Shown here piece after piece: positions 18,141-27,769 of a stretch of DNA of 64,000 nt; positions within the stretch are counted from its first letter, which is position 1; each line of letters starts with the position of its first letter. The translations under genes were made by a program, and so were the position numbers. A model generated the notes under the pieces. The model worked only from the letters and a program-made list of their open reading frames with translations, made no database searches and was not told the DNA's origin. The stretch is from Pseudolabrys sp. GTDB lineage: Bacteria > Pseudomonadota > Alphaproteobacteria > Rhizobiales > Xanthobacteraceae. The DNA is taken from the NCBI GenBank assembly GCA_035718275.1, contig DASTHI010000046.1, positions 54,348-118,347 on the forward strand, in the 5' to 3' direction.

Positions 18141-18608
18141 CTAGCCTTCCAGAGGCACCATCGCGGCATCTTTCGAGATGCGAAGCGTGAGCGAGGTCTT
18201 CACGTTGCGCACGTTCGGTGCCGCGGTCAGCTGCTCGACGAATGTCTGGAATGTCTTGAGATCGGGTGCCACGCATTTGAGCACAAAATCGATTTCACCC
18301 GACAGCATCCAGCACTCGCGCACAAGGGGCTGCGCCCTCACGAAATCCTCGAACTTGTTGAGATCGGCTTCCGCCTGGCTTGCCAGATGCACCATCGCGA
18401 AAACGGTCACTTCATAGCCGAGCTTCTTTTCATCGAGCAGCGCGCGGTAACCCTTGATGTAGCCCGCCTCTTCGAGCGCCCGCACCCGGCGCAGACACGG
18501 AGGCGCGGAGATGCCGACCCGGCTTGCCAGCTCCACATTTGTGATGCGGCCGTCATCTTGAAGCTCCTTCAAAATCTTGCGGTCGATCGCGTCCAGGCGG
18601 GCAGGCAC
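18141..18608 (-). CDS. lrp: Lrp/AsnC family transcriptional regulator
   Basis: LDAIDRKILKELQDDGRITNVELA...CLRRVRALEE, SGEIDFVLK. GTG start with GGAG SD. Confidence 0.92.
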   Translation of the reverse strand: MPARLDAIDRKILKELQDDGRITNVELASRVGISAPPCLRRVRALEEAGYIKGYRALLDEKKLGYEVTVFAMVHLASQAEADLNKFEDFVRAQPLVRECWMLSGEIDFVLKCVAPDLKTFQTFVEQLTAAPNVRNVKTSLTLRISKDAAMVPLEG

Positions 18609-18661
18609 CAAACGAACTCCAGAAAGCTGCTTGAATACTGGGTGCATTCATATCGCGAAAT

Positions 18662-18679
18662 ATTGTTTCGCGAAACAAT
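18662..18679. promoter_or_regulatory. Perfect 18-bp palindrome ATTGTTTCGCGAAACAAT in the lrp/trxB divergent intergenic region
   Basis: Direct reading of the sequence. The binding protein is unknown. Confidence 0.5.
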
Positions 18680-18740
18680 CTTGCTCGGGATCGGCTGCCC
18701 TCTCGCGAACTGTGGGCGGTGTATTGCGTATCTTGCATAG

Positions 18741-19808
<1,068 letters not shown>

Positions 19809-19811
19809 TAC

Positions 19812-20726
19812 ATGGGCGCTCCCAGCACCTCTATGGATTGGGACAAGTTGAAGGTGTTTCACGCGGCCGCAGAGGCCGGCTCCTTCACCCATGCCGGCGA
19901 AAGGCTCGGACTGTCACAATCCGCTGTGTCGCGGCAGGTATCCGCGCTCGAGGCAGAATTGGCGGTCTCGCTCTTTCACCGTCATGCGCGCGGATTGATC
20001 CTCACCGAACAGGGTGAACTGCTTTATCGCACTGCGCATGAAGTCTTCATGAAGCTGGAAGCGGCTCGCACTAAACTGACCGACAGCCGTGAACGGCCCA
20101 ATGGCGAACTGAAGGTCTCCACCACGCCGGGAATAGGCGTGCATTGGCTGACACCGCGACTCGGCGAGTTCCTCGATCTTTATCCTGATATCCACATCAC
20201 GCTGATTACGACGGATGAGGAGCTGGACCTTGCGATGCGGGAAGCCGATGTGGCAATCCGTTTGCGTCAGCCGACTCAGCCCGATTTGATACAGCGGAAG
20301 CTGTTTTCCGTGCATTCGCATGCTTATGCGTCACCGGATTATTTGAAGCGATTCGGCACTCCCCGGACGCATGAGGATCTCGACAATCACCGCATCATTC
20401 TGCTCGGGGGCGGTGTGGTTCCGGCACATCTGCAGAATCGGCGCTGGCTGCTCGAAATCAGCCGCGATGGGAAAGGACCGCGCACGCCCGATTTGACCGT
20501 GAACAACGTACTCGGCGTATTGCGGGCGTGCCAGCGCGGGCTGGGCATTGCAATGCTGCCCGACTACTTGGTCGAGGAAAACGGCGGACTGGTTCAACTC
20601 TTCGGCGAAGCCGACACCCTCGCCATGGACGCGTATTTTGTCTATCCGGAAGAACTAAAGTCGGTTGCGCGCATTCAGGTGTTTCGCGATTTTCTCGTTG
20701 CGAACGCGCAGCGCTGGCATTTTTAG
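19812..20726 (+). CDS. vtlR: LysR-type regulator, LsrB/VtlR ortholog by synteny
   Basis: MDWDKLKVF HTH. The lrp <- trxB-lysR -> AbcR-like arrangement matches my recollection of the lsrB/vtlR locus in rhizobia and Brucella. Confidence 0.75.
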   Translation: MGAPSTSMDWDKLKVFHAAAEAGSFTHAGERLGLSQSAVSRQVSALEAELAVSLFHRHARGLILTEQGELLYRTAHEVFMKLEAARTKLTDSRERPNGELKVSTTPGIGVHWLTPRLGEFLDLYPDIHITLITTDEELDLAMREADVAIRLRQPTQPDLIQRKLFSVHSHAYASPDYLKRFGTPRTHEDLDNHRIILLGGGVVPAHLQNRRWLLEISRDGKGPRTPDLTVNNVLGVLRACQRGLGIAMLPDYLVEENGGLVQLFGEADTLAMDAYFVYPEELKSVARIQVFRDFLVANAQRWHF

Positions 20727-20842
20727 TCGGTTTCACAGCGGTAAAATGTAGCAGCGAGGCGAGGCGCGGAACGCGGTGACCGCATTTGGTCGGCTTCCCA
20801 ACGATTTGCTGTTGCGGCATGGCTGGCATGCGAGTGTCGGCG

Positions 20843-20871
20843 TTGCCCGAACGGAGTTCGTTTCGCATAGT
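20843..20871 (+). promoter_or_regulatory. Sigma70-type promoter TTGCCC-N17-CATAGT for the sRNA, with upstream palindrome GCATG-N5-CATGC (20817-20831)
   Basis: 17-bp spacing. Predicted +1 near 20878, at the foot of the first sRNA hairpin. Confidence 0.6.
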
Positions 20872-20877
20872 GTTGTC

Positions 20878-21002
20878 TCGCTGTTGCGCCGGATGCGTAT
20901 CCTCCCAGAATCACCGGTGAACAGCATGTTCCCCTCTGGAAGTTGTTGTCGGCCCCCACGCCGACAATCCTGAACCGGGCCCTACAGGGGCCCGGTTTTT
21001 TT
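20878..21002 (+). ncRNA. abcR: AbcR/alpha-r15-like small RNA
   Basis: Three hairpins. Loop motif TCCTCCCAG (20900-20908) and GTTCCCCTCTGG (20928-20939) match the two anti-SD motifs I recall for AbcR1/2. Lies immediately downstream of the lsrB/vtlR-like gene and ends in a terminator. Confidence 0.75.
20973..21002 (+). terminator. Rho-independent terminator
   Basis: AACCGGGCCC/GGGCCCGGTT stem followed by a T run. Confidence 0.85.
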
Positions 21003-21091
21003 CGGACAATCAGAAAACGGGCTGGCCGGCAGACGCGGGCGCGTTGGTCGCAGCCGCTCATTGCGCGAAGGTCAACGTCAGGTCTGGCTGA

Positions 21092-22177
21092 TTAGCAGCG
21101 CCGATAGTGATAGGCCGTATCAACGACTTCAGATGCCAGTGCAACGATTCGCTCGTGTTCTGGCGACAACTGACAAACCGGATCTGCGGCTCGCGCATTA
21201 CCGGTAATCACGAATGCTTGACAGCGACAGCCACCGAAATCCTGATCGCGGCGCGAGCATGTTCGACACGGCTCTTCCATCCATTGATGGCCGCGGAAGG
21301 CGCAAAAAGCGGGTGAGTTGATCCAGATCTCGGCAAGCGGATGTTGGCGGACATTCCAGAACTCGAGCCCTGGTATGACTTCAGCAGCGTGACAGGGCAG
21401 CACCTTTCCAGAGGGCGTCACATTGAGCGATCGTCGGCCCCAACCGCCGACGCAAGCTTTCGGGAAGCGCGCGTGATAATCGGGCAGCACTGAGTCGATC
21501 ACGATTCGTCCGTAATGTGCTGCACGGAGGCGATCGACCAAAGCGACGGCTTCTTCGACCTGTTCACGCCTGGGCATGAGTGCGGCGCGATTCCGCAGCG
21601 CCCAGCCGTAATACTGCGCATGGGCGATCTCGATTCGGTTTGCGCCAAGGGAAATCGCGAACTCGATCATCTGCTCGATGCGACTGATGTTTGCGCGGTG
21701 CACCACCATATTGATGGTCAAGGGCAGGCCAAGGCGGACGACCTCCCCCGCAATGGCGCGCTTGCGCTGGAAAGCGCCTTTGTATCCGGAGATATGATCT
21801 GCTGCTGACTCGCTGCTGTCCTGAATCGAAATCTGCACGTGGTCGAGCCCAGCAACGGCCAGCGCTGCCAAGACATCCGAGGTCAGCCCCACCGCCGATG
21901 TGATCAGATTGCTGTAGAGGCCGGCCTGGCGTGAGGCATCGACGATTTCAGGCAAATCGCGGCGCGCCGCCGGCTCGCCACCCGAGAGATGGACCTGTAG
22001 TATGCCCATCGCGGCAGCTTCCTGGAACACGCGCGCCCAGGTCGCGACATCGAGCTCGTCGTCTCGATTGTCCAACTCGAGCGGATTGGAACAATATGGA
22101 CAGCCGAGTGGGCACCTGTGCGTGAGTTCGGCAAGCAGGCCGAGTGGCGCCGGCGGATCTGTCATCGTCTCAGGCAT
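21092..22177 (-). CDS. pqqE: PQQ biosynthesis radical SAM peptide cyclase
   Basis: [34 protein letters not shown]...PCH, CRCQA. Confidence 0.96.
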   Translation of the reverse strand: MPETMTDPPAPLGLLAELTHRCPLGCPYCSNPLELDNRDDELDVATWARVFQEAAAMGILQVHLSGGEPAARRDLPEIVDASRQAGLYSNLITSAVGLTSDVLAALAVAGLDHVQISIQDSSESAADHISGYKGAFQRKRAIAGEVVRLGLPLTINMVVHRANISRIEQMIEFAISLGANRIEIAHAQYYGWALRNRAALMPRREQVEEAVALVDRLRAAHYGRIVIDSVLPDYHARFPKACVGGWGRRSLNVTPSGKVLPCHAAEVIPGLEFWNVRQHPLAEIWINSPAFCAFRGHQWMEEPCRTCSRRDQDFGGCRCQAFVITGNARAADPVCQLSPEHERIVALASEVVDTAYHYRRC

Positions 22178-22261
22178 TGCCGGCCCGCGCTCCTATGATC
22201 GAGCTCGTTAGGAATCAGCGGTTCCGCTGTGCGCGGCGGATAGGCCGTTTTCTGCAGCAAT

Positions 22262-22561
22262 TCATCGTAGTTCGAGCAACCTCTTTCCCGCGAGCGATTG
22301 CAGAAGAGCAATCACGTCCGCACGAATACGATCGCGTGGCGCATCGGCAAATGATTTCGAGAGATCCTCGATGATGGAATTCACCGTCAACTCCCCGGTG
22401 CATCGCCGTAGAATTTCCACCGTGATCGCGTTGGTCCTGAATACGCGTTCGGGCGCGAGCAGCACCCAGCTGCCCTGTCCCTCGCTATACGTCAGCCGCA
22501 CGCCGTGCGGCAGCCGTGGACGCGCCGTATCCGTGATAGTTGTCGCCTCATCGACCATCAC
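22262..22561 (-). CDS. pqqD: PqqA peptide chaperone
   Basis: PRLPHGVRL, WVLLAPER. About 99 aa, between pqqC and pqqE. Confidence 0.93.
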   Translation of the reverse strand: MMVDEATTITDTARPRLPHGVRLTYSEGQGSWVLLAPERVFRTNAITVEILRRCTGELTVNSIIEDLSKSFADAPRDRIRADVIALLQSLAGKRLLELR

Positions 22562-23289
22562 GAATCCTCCGGCATGAATGCACCCGGCGGAACATGCCTC
22601 GGCGGCACGTAGGCATGCTCGAGCGCATCAAGCATGGCCCACAGAATGTCGCATTTGAATTCAAGCGCGGCTAACGCCGCATGCTGCTGTTGCGGCGTAT
22701 TTGCATTTCCCTTCACGTAGTTCAGCGCGAACTCGGCGTCACGCGCGGCCTGTGCCGGCCGCTGCTCGAAATAGCTCAATGTCTCACTGGTTATAAAGTC
22801 GTAGTTCGCCAGCATGGCCGCACTGCGGTCAGTGATGATCGCCGGTGAAAACAGTTCTGTCAGTGAAGACGCAACTGCTTCCAGTACTGTTTTCTCGCGG
22901 ACAAAATTGACATACGCATCTACGGCGAACCGCGTAGCCGGCAAGATGCCCTTTAAGGACGTCACGTATTCGCGACGCAGTCCGATGCCATCCGTCAGTC
23001 TAAGCCATCGTGCGATGCCACCTTCGCCCTCACGGTCGCCGTCATGGTCCACCAGGCGCAATCGCCACTCTCGGCGGAATGCTGGGTCGTCGCACCGCGC
23101 GATGAGGCTCGCGTCTTTTATAGGGATCATTGCCTGGTAGTAGTATCGGTTGAGCGCCCAGGCCTGCACCTCTGCCTTCGTGCATTTTCCTGCGCGCAAT
23201 CTCTCATGAAACGGGTGCAGGTGGTGATAGCGCCTTGCACCGACGTCGCGAATCGCTGCTTCCAATTCGGCCGCCGACATCAGCTTCAC
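22558..23289 (-). CDS. pqqC: Pyrroloquinoline-quinone synthase
   Basis: RYHHLHPFH, WALNRYYYQ, DHDG, TELFSP, FKCDILWAMLD. Confidence 0.96.
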   Translation of the reverse strand: MKLMSAAELEAAIRDVGARRYHHLHPFHERLRAGKCTKAEVQAWALNRYYYQAMIPIKDASLIARCDDPAFRREWRLRLVDHDGDREGEGGIARWLRLTDGIGLRREYVTSLKGILPATRFAVDAYVNFVREKTVLEAVASSLTELFSPAIITDRSAAMLANYDFITSETLSYFEQRPAQAARDAEFALNYVKGNANTPQQQHAALAALEFKCDILWAMLDALEHAYVPPRHVPPGAFMPEDS

Positions 23290-24185
23290 AGCACGATCTC
23301 CATGCCGTCCTCGGCAACTTGCCAGCCGGCAGCCTCGACCATGCGCCGCTGCGGAGAATCTTCGATCAGGATCGGATTAGTATTGTTGATATGAATGAGA
23401 ATGCGACGGCCCGACAGGTCGGCAAGTGCCCGCAATGAGCCCTCGTCACCGTCGAGCGGCATGTGTCCCATGCGTCGAGCGGTCTTGTGACCCGTGCCGG
23501 CGTGAATCATTTCGTCGTCACGGAACAGCGTTCCGTCGTAGAGAACTGCATCGGCCGCACGCAAGCGTGCCCACATTGCTTCAGTAATCGCAGCTGCAGC
23601 GGGAACGATAACGAGACGGGCATCCCGATATCGCATTTCGATCCCGACGTTCGCAGGAGTGTCGGCGCTCGTCTCGGGATCATCCCCTTCGAGATACAGC
23701 GGTGGCTTGCCCGGGACGGTGAAAAGTATTGCATCGATTCCTCCTGCAAGCCGGAACACCCGCCCTGGATCGATCGTGCGACGCACCATCGCGGTCATGG
23801 CGCCAAACACGGCGTTCGCCGAAACAGCGGCGTGAGTGGCCCGTGTCGCGTAGAGGGTAAAGGGCGTGCTCTCACGCAGGCACAGCAATCCTGCAATCTG
23901 GTCGATTTCGCCTCCCGTAAGGACGACCGCCTTGATCGGACTGCTCCGTAACCCTTGCTGCGGCTGCAGTGACGGAATCGCGCGAATTTGGGTCCCCAGA
24001 TCGGGCGAGGCGTTGATCAAGGTCCACTGACTGCCGTTCGCGGACACTGCGATTCCTGTCTGCGTCCGTGTTCGGACCCGCCGGTCACCGGCCCATGCCA
24101 GGGCACATGCCCGGCAGCGGCAATTCCACTGAGGAAATCCGCCCCCCGCCGCCGAGCCAAGGATAATGGCAGTCAGGCGCCTCAT
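23286..24185 (-). CDS. pqqB: PQQ biosynthesis protein B
   Basis: GSAAGGGFPQWNCRCRAC, RTQT, NASPD, GHMP, HINNTNP. Confidence 0.96.
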   Translation of the reverse strand: MRRLTAIILGSAAGGGFPQWNCRCRACALAWAGDRRVRTRTQTGIAVSANGSQWTLINASPDLGTQIRAIPSLQPQQGLRSSPIKAVVLTGGEIDQIAGLLCLRESTPFTLYATRATHAAVSANAVFGAMTAMVRRTIDPGRVFRLAGGIDAILFTVPGKPPLYLEGDDPETSADTPANVGIEMRYRDARLVIVPAAAAITEAMWARLRAADAVLYDGTLFRDDEMIHAGTGHKTARRMGHMPLDGDEGSLRALADLSGRRILIHINNTNPILIEDSPQRRMVEAAGWQVAEDGMEIVL

Positions 24186-24212
24186 TGGAGGGGTCGCAGA
24201 TGTCTCAAAAGC

Positions 24213-24290
24213 TTACATTTCCGCCGGCAAATAGCCGTTGATCTCAAGTCCAAGGCAGATTTCGACTAGAACCGGTGCAGTCCAAGACAT
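24213..24290 (-). CDS. pqqA: PQQ precursor peptide MSWTAPVLVEICLGLEINGYLPAEM (25 aa, not in the ORF track)
   Basis: Hand translation. Conserved E-x3-Y (EINGY), GAGG SD, directly upstream of pqqB. Confidence 0.95.
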   Translation of the reverse strand: MSWTAPVLVEICLGLEINGYLPAEM

Positions 24291-24624
24291 GACATTTTTT
24301 CCTCTCGTGGCTTCAGTCGCCACATCAGACCCGCCTCGGAAAACGCCGCAGGCCATCTTCAGGTCCGTCCTGGCTGCTCGGGCCAGAAGGATCCTGTGGC
24401 ACTCACGGAAAAGTCATGCTTTCCCACGTGAAATTGTCGCCGGAATCGACTAACCGGTATGCCGTTGCTGCCGAGGGTATGAAACCCCGTGCAAAATAGC
24501 CACAGTTTTGAACTGATCATGCTCGGGTATTGGGAAAAACGTAACGGGCTATGGACTATCAGCTAAACTGACGCCGAGTCACGAGAGGGCATTCGGCTGC
24601 CCGCCCCGACATCCAGGAGAAAAA

Positions 24625-26637
24625 GTGGTGAAAAGTGCTCGATTCGAACGGCTGCTGGCATCAACCTCGGTAGCCCTCGTTTTGGCCCTATCTGCCCAGG
24701 CCAGCATGGCCCAGCAGAGCGACAAGTCGATTGAGGCGGCCGTGCCGATGCCGGATACCACTCTTCCGGCACCACTGACTCTCAAGGATATCCAGCGTCC
24801 GGCAAAAGACACCACGAACACTGGCGTGTCGGAAGCCCAGCAGAACATCACCAGCCCTGCAGCTGACCCGGTAAAGGCCGCCGCTTCTACACCTGCGGCG
24901 GAAGTTACGCTTGCCGACAAGCTTCGGGAGTTCATCGGCGGCCGTCAGTTCGATCGCATGGTGCCGCGAAAGGCCGAACGGGCCGGAATTGAGTCATTCT
25001 ATGCGGCCCGCAATTACGCACCGCTCTGGATCAGCAACAACGGTCCAAACGAGCGCGCCAGTTCAGCCACCGCCTATCTGAGGCAGGCCGACAATGTCGG
25101 CCTCGATCCGAACGACTATCCCAGTCCGGATTTCAAATCAGCGGGGAACCTCGATAGCCTTGCGGAGGACGAGATCAGATTGACCGCTTCTGCGCTTACA
25201 TTTGCTCGGCACGCGCAGATCGGCCGAATCCATTTCACCCGAGTTGCTGCCGACATCCAATATGAGCTCAACGCTCCGGATCCGGCAGCTGTGCTCGGCA
25301 AGCTCGCTGAGAGCAATGACGCCGCCAGCGTGCTCGACGGTTTCAATCCGCCTCAGGCCGGCTTCAAGGCCCTCCGGGCCAAGCTGGCAGAACTGCGGAA
25401 GGGTGCCGCTAGTCCTGAACCCAAAGCTGAGAGCAAGCCGCAGCGACCGCGCGTCCATATCGCGGAAGGAAAAATTCTTCGCCCCGGCATGAAGGATGTT
25501 CGCGTTGCTGCTTTGCGTAAACGGCTGGACGTTCCGGGCGACAAGGACAGTCAACTATACGACGATGCCGTCCGTGACGCGGTCAAGACTTTCCAGACGG
25601 AAAATGAACTCTCGGTCGACGGCAATCTCGGACCGAACACTGTGCGCGCGCTCAATGGCGAGCAAAAGGAAGCACACAGGGCTCCGGCTCATCCCATCGA
25701 CACGGTCCTTGTGAATATGGAGCGCTGGCGGTGGTTGCCGCGCGATCTGGGCAATCCGCACGTGATCGTCAACGTGCCGGACTATACGCTTACGCTTTAC
25801 AACGATGGTAAAGTCTACTGGCACACCAAGATCGTGGTTGGGAAGCCCAATCTCGCGACGCCGATGGTCAGTGCCGATATGAAATTCATAACGGTAAATC
25901 CGACCTGGAACGTGCCGCCGTCTATCATTGAGAAAGAATATCTTCCGGCCCTCGAGCAGGATCCGCTGGCGCTCGAACGAATCGGGCTCAAGCTGACGCA
26001 GGATGCGGATGGCACCATTCACATTTCACAGCCCCCCGGCGCTGGAAACGCGCTTGGCCGCATTCGCTTTAACTTCCCGAACAAGTTCCTCGTCTATCAG
26101 CACGACACGCCGGACAAGTATCTCTTCGCGCGAGAAAAGCGTGCGTATAGCCACGGCTGTATGCGGGTGCAAAATCCGCTCACATACGGCGAGAAGCTGC
26201 TGTCGTTGGTATTGCCGAAGGAGCGTTATACCGAAGCGCGCCTGGAGAGCATGTTCGGCGGCAACGAAATCAACATCAATTTCCCGAAGCCCATTCCCGT
26301 CCATCTCACCTATCAGACTGCATTCGTGGACGACTCCGGGAAGCTGCAGTTTCGTGAAGACGTTTATGGACGCGATGCGAAGATGATCGCGATCCTAAAG
26401 AGCAACGAGCGCAAGGTGGCTGATATCGCGATTGAACGGCCGCCGAACACGTCATCCAAGCCCGTCCGCATGCCGGTGGGCATGTATGGCGGCAACGGCG
26501 GGTACAGTTATGGCGGCGGGTCGAACTTTTTCGATTGGCTGTTTAGCGGCCCGCAGGGAGGCTCACGCCCCTATCCGCCGCGCCCGATCCCGACCTATCC
26601 GCGCAGCAATGGGAACGGCCGCTACAGTTCCCGCTGA
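24625..26637 (+). CDS. Murein L,D-transpeptidase (YcbB/LdtD type) with a peptidoglycan-binding domain
   Basis: Signal peptide, PG-binding region (AVKTFQ...DGNLGPNT), VNVPDY, NPTWNVP, QHDTP, SHGCMRV. Confidence 0.92.
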   Translation: MVKSARFERLLASTSVALVLALSAQASMAQQSDKSIEAAVPMPDTTLPAPLTLKDIQRPAKDTTNTGVSEAQQNITSPAADPVKAAASTPAAEVTLADKLREFIGGRQFDRMVPRKAERAGIESFYAARNYAPLWISNNGPNERASSATAYLRQADNVGLDPNDYPSPDFKSAGNLDSLAEDEIRLTASALTFARHAQIGRIHFTRVAADIQYELNAPDPAAVLGKLAESNDAASVLDGFNPPQAGFKALRAKLAELRKGAASPEPKAESKPQRPRVHIAEGKILRPGMKDVRVAALRKRLDVPGDKDSQLYDDAVRDAVKTFQTENELSVDGNLGPNTVRALNGEQKEAHRAPAHPIDTVLVNMERWRWLPRDLGNPHVIVNVPDYTLTLYNDGKVYWHTKIVVGKPNLATPMVSADMKFITVNPTWNVPPSIIEKEYLPALEQDPLALERIGLKLTQDADGTIHISQPPGAGNALGRIRFNFPNKFLVYQHDTPDKYLFAREKRAYSHGCMRVQNPLTYGEKLLSLVLPKERYTEARLESMFGGNEININFPKPIPVHLTYQTAFVDDSGKLQFREDVYGRDAKMIAILKSNERKVADIAIERPPNTSSKPVRMPVGMYGGNGGYSYGGGSNFFDWLFSGPQGGSRPYPPRPIPTYPRSNGNGRYSSR

Positions 26638-26656
26638 GAGGGACCCGTTTAAACCG

Positions 26657-26685
26657 AAACGCCGGCGACAGCGCCGGCGTTTTTG
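26657..26685. terminator. Bidirectional terminator between the L,D-transpeptidase and tRNA-His
   Basis: AAACGCCGGCG-ACAG-CGCCGGCGTTTTT. Confidence 0.7.
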
Positions 26686-26713
26686 TGAGTCCAATTGCGT
26701 CGCTACTTGCGGA

Positions 26714-26790
26714 TGGTACAGGCGGGTGGACTCGAACCACCGACCTCTGGTTCCACAGACCAGCGCTCTAACCAACTGAGCTACGCCTGC
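26714..26790 (-). tRNA. tRNA-His(GUG)
   Basis: Reverse complement GCAGGCGTAGCTCAGTTGGTTAGAGCGCTGGTCTGTGGAACCAGAGGTCGGTGGTTCGAGTCCACCCGCCTGTACCA. Anticodon GTG, encoded CCA. Confidence 0.97.
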
Positions 26791-26886
26791 GCATGGGGAG
26801 ACGGGCGTTCAACTCCCGTCCACGTGGGCGGGAACCTAGGTGCCGATGATCTCTTTGGCAAGCGCTGTGTACGCAGCACGTCGATG

Positions 26887-26913
26887 AAAAAAGCCCGGAC
26901 GTGCCCGGGCTTT
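26887..26913 (-). terminator. Phasin terminator
   Basis: AAAGCCCGG/CCGGGCTTT stem followed by T6 on the minus strand. Confidence 0.7.
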
Positions 26914-26940
26914 CTCGTTCAGCGCACAATTTGGTTGGTC

Positions 26941-27435
26941 TCAGGCGGCATTCCTGAATCGTGCGCCGATACTCTCCTTGATCGGCTCGCAGGTCTCGAT
27001 CGCAACCTTCTGCGCGTGCTCGGAAAGCTCCTTGCCCTGCGCGATCACGGCCTCGAATTGTGTGCGCAAGTATTTGCCGTAGAGCTCGACAACTTCGGAA
27101 TATGACTTCGCGCCCGTCACTTCCGTCAGAAAATCGAAGGTTGTATCGGCATTCGTACGCGCGGCCTCAATCAATTTGCGGCCGTAGCTCGCATATCCCA
27201 TCGTGGCTTTTGAACACGTATCTTCCAGTACTTCGGTCACCTGTTCGGCTGCGCTCTTGACCTTGTCATAGTTTTCTTTTGCGCGCGCCACGCCCTGCTC
27301 GGCGAATTCCCGCAAGGCTGTCGGGACCTCAAATGTTGGCCCCGTCAGCTTCATGATGGCAGCTTCGGAAGAGGTTGCTCCGGCAGCGGCGGCCGGTTTC
27401 CTGGTTTTGGAGGGAGCAGATGTGTTTTCACCCAT
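26941..27435 (-). CDS. phaP: Phasin (PHA granule protein, rhizobial phasin-2 type)
   Basis: FEVPTALREFAEQGVARAKENY...ARTNADTTFDF...EVVEL...QGKEL pattern. ATG 27435. Confidence 0.85.
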   Translation of the reverse strand: MGENTSAPSKTRKPAAAAGATSSEAAIMKLTGPTFEVPTALREFAEQGVARAKENYDKVKSAAEQVTEVLEDTCSKATMGYASYGRKLIEAARTNADTTFDFLTEVTGAKSYSEVVELYGKYLRTQFEAVIAQGKELSEHAQKVAIETCEPIKESIGARFRNAA

Positions 27436-27580
27436 AAATTTTGATCCGTTTTTGTAAGGCGCATTGTCGCCCGCGTGAAATCTGGTTTCCGAACAAGACC
27501 TGTCACTCTGAGGTCTGGGATCGGCAAACCGCTTGATATTCAAATATTCATATTTTCGACCGCATTGCAACAAAAATTGA

Positions 27581-27592
27581 TGCGCTGCACAA
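27581..27592. promoter_or_regulatory. PhaR-type operator TGCGCTGCACAA upstream of phasin
   Basis: Exact match to the TGCRNYGCASMA consensus I recall for Bradyrhizobium PhaR. A degenerate copy CGCATTGCAACA lies at 27561-27572. Confidence 0.6.
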
Positions 27593-27769
27593 ATGTGCAT
27601 GGATTCGAGATAGCTCGGTTCCATCAGGATCGCCACCGGCTCCATGCGCTCAAAGTACCGGTGATCGAGAGCCGCTACCGAAGCTTCCACTGGATTGCGC
27701 CCGCGGCTCGTGGACGTTGGTGACCGGCAGCCGTAATAAGGTTCATTGAATTTCCATGGCGGTCCTACG

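Noticed and set aside
26640-26950. tRNA-His as a prophage or island attachment site
   Set aside because: No integrase, no duplicated tRNA 3' end seen, and the flanks are housekeeping genes.
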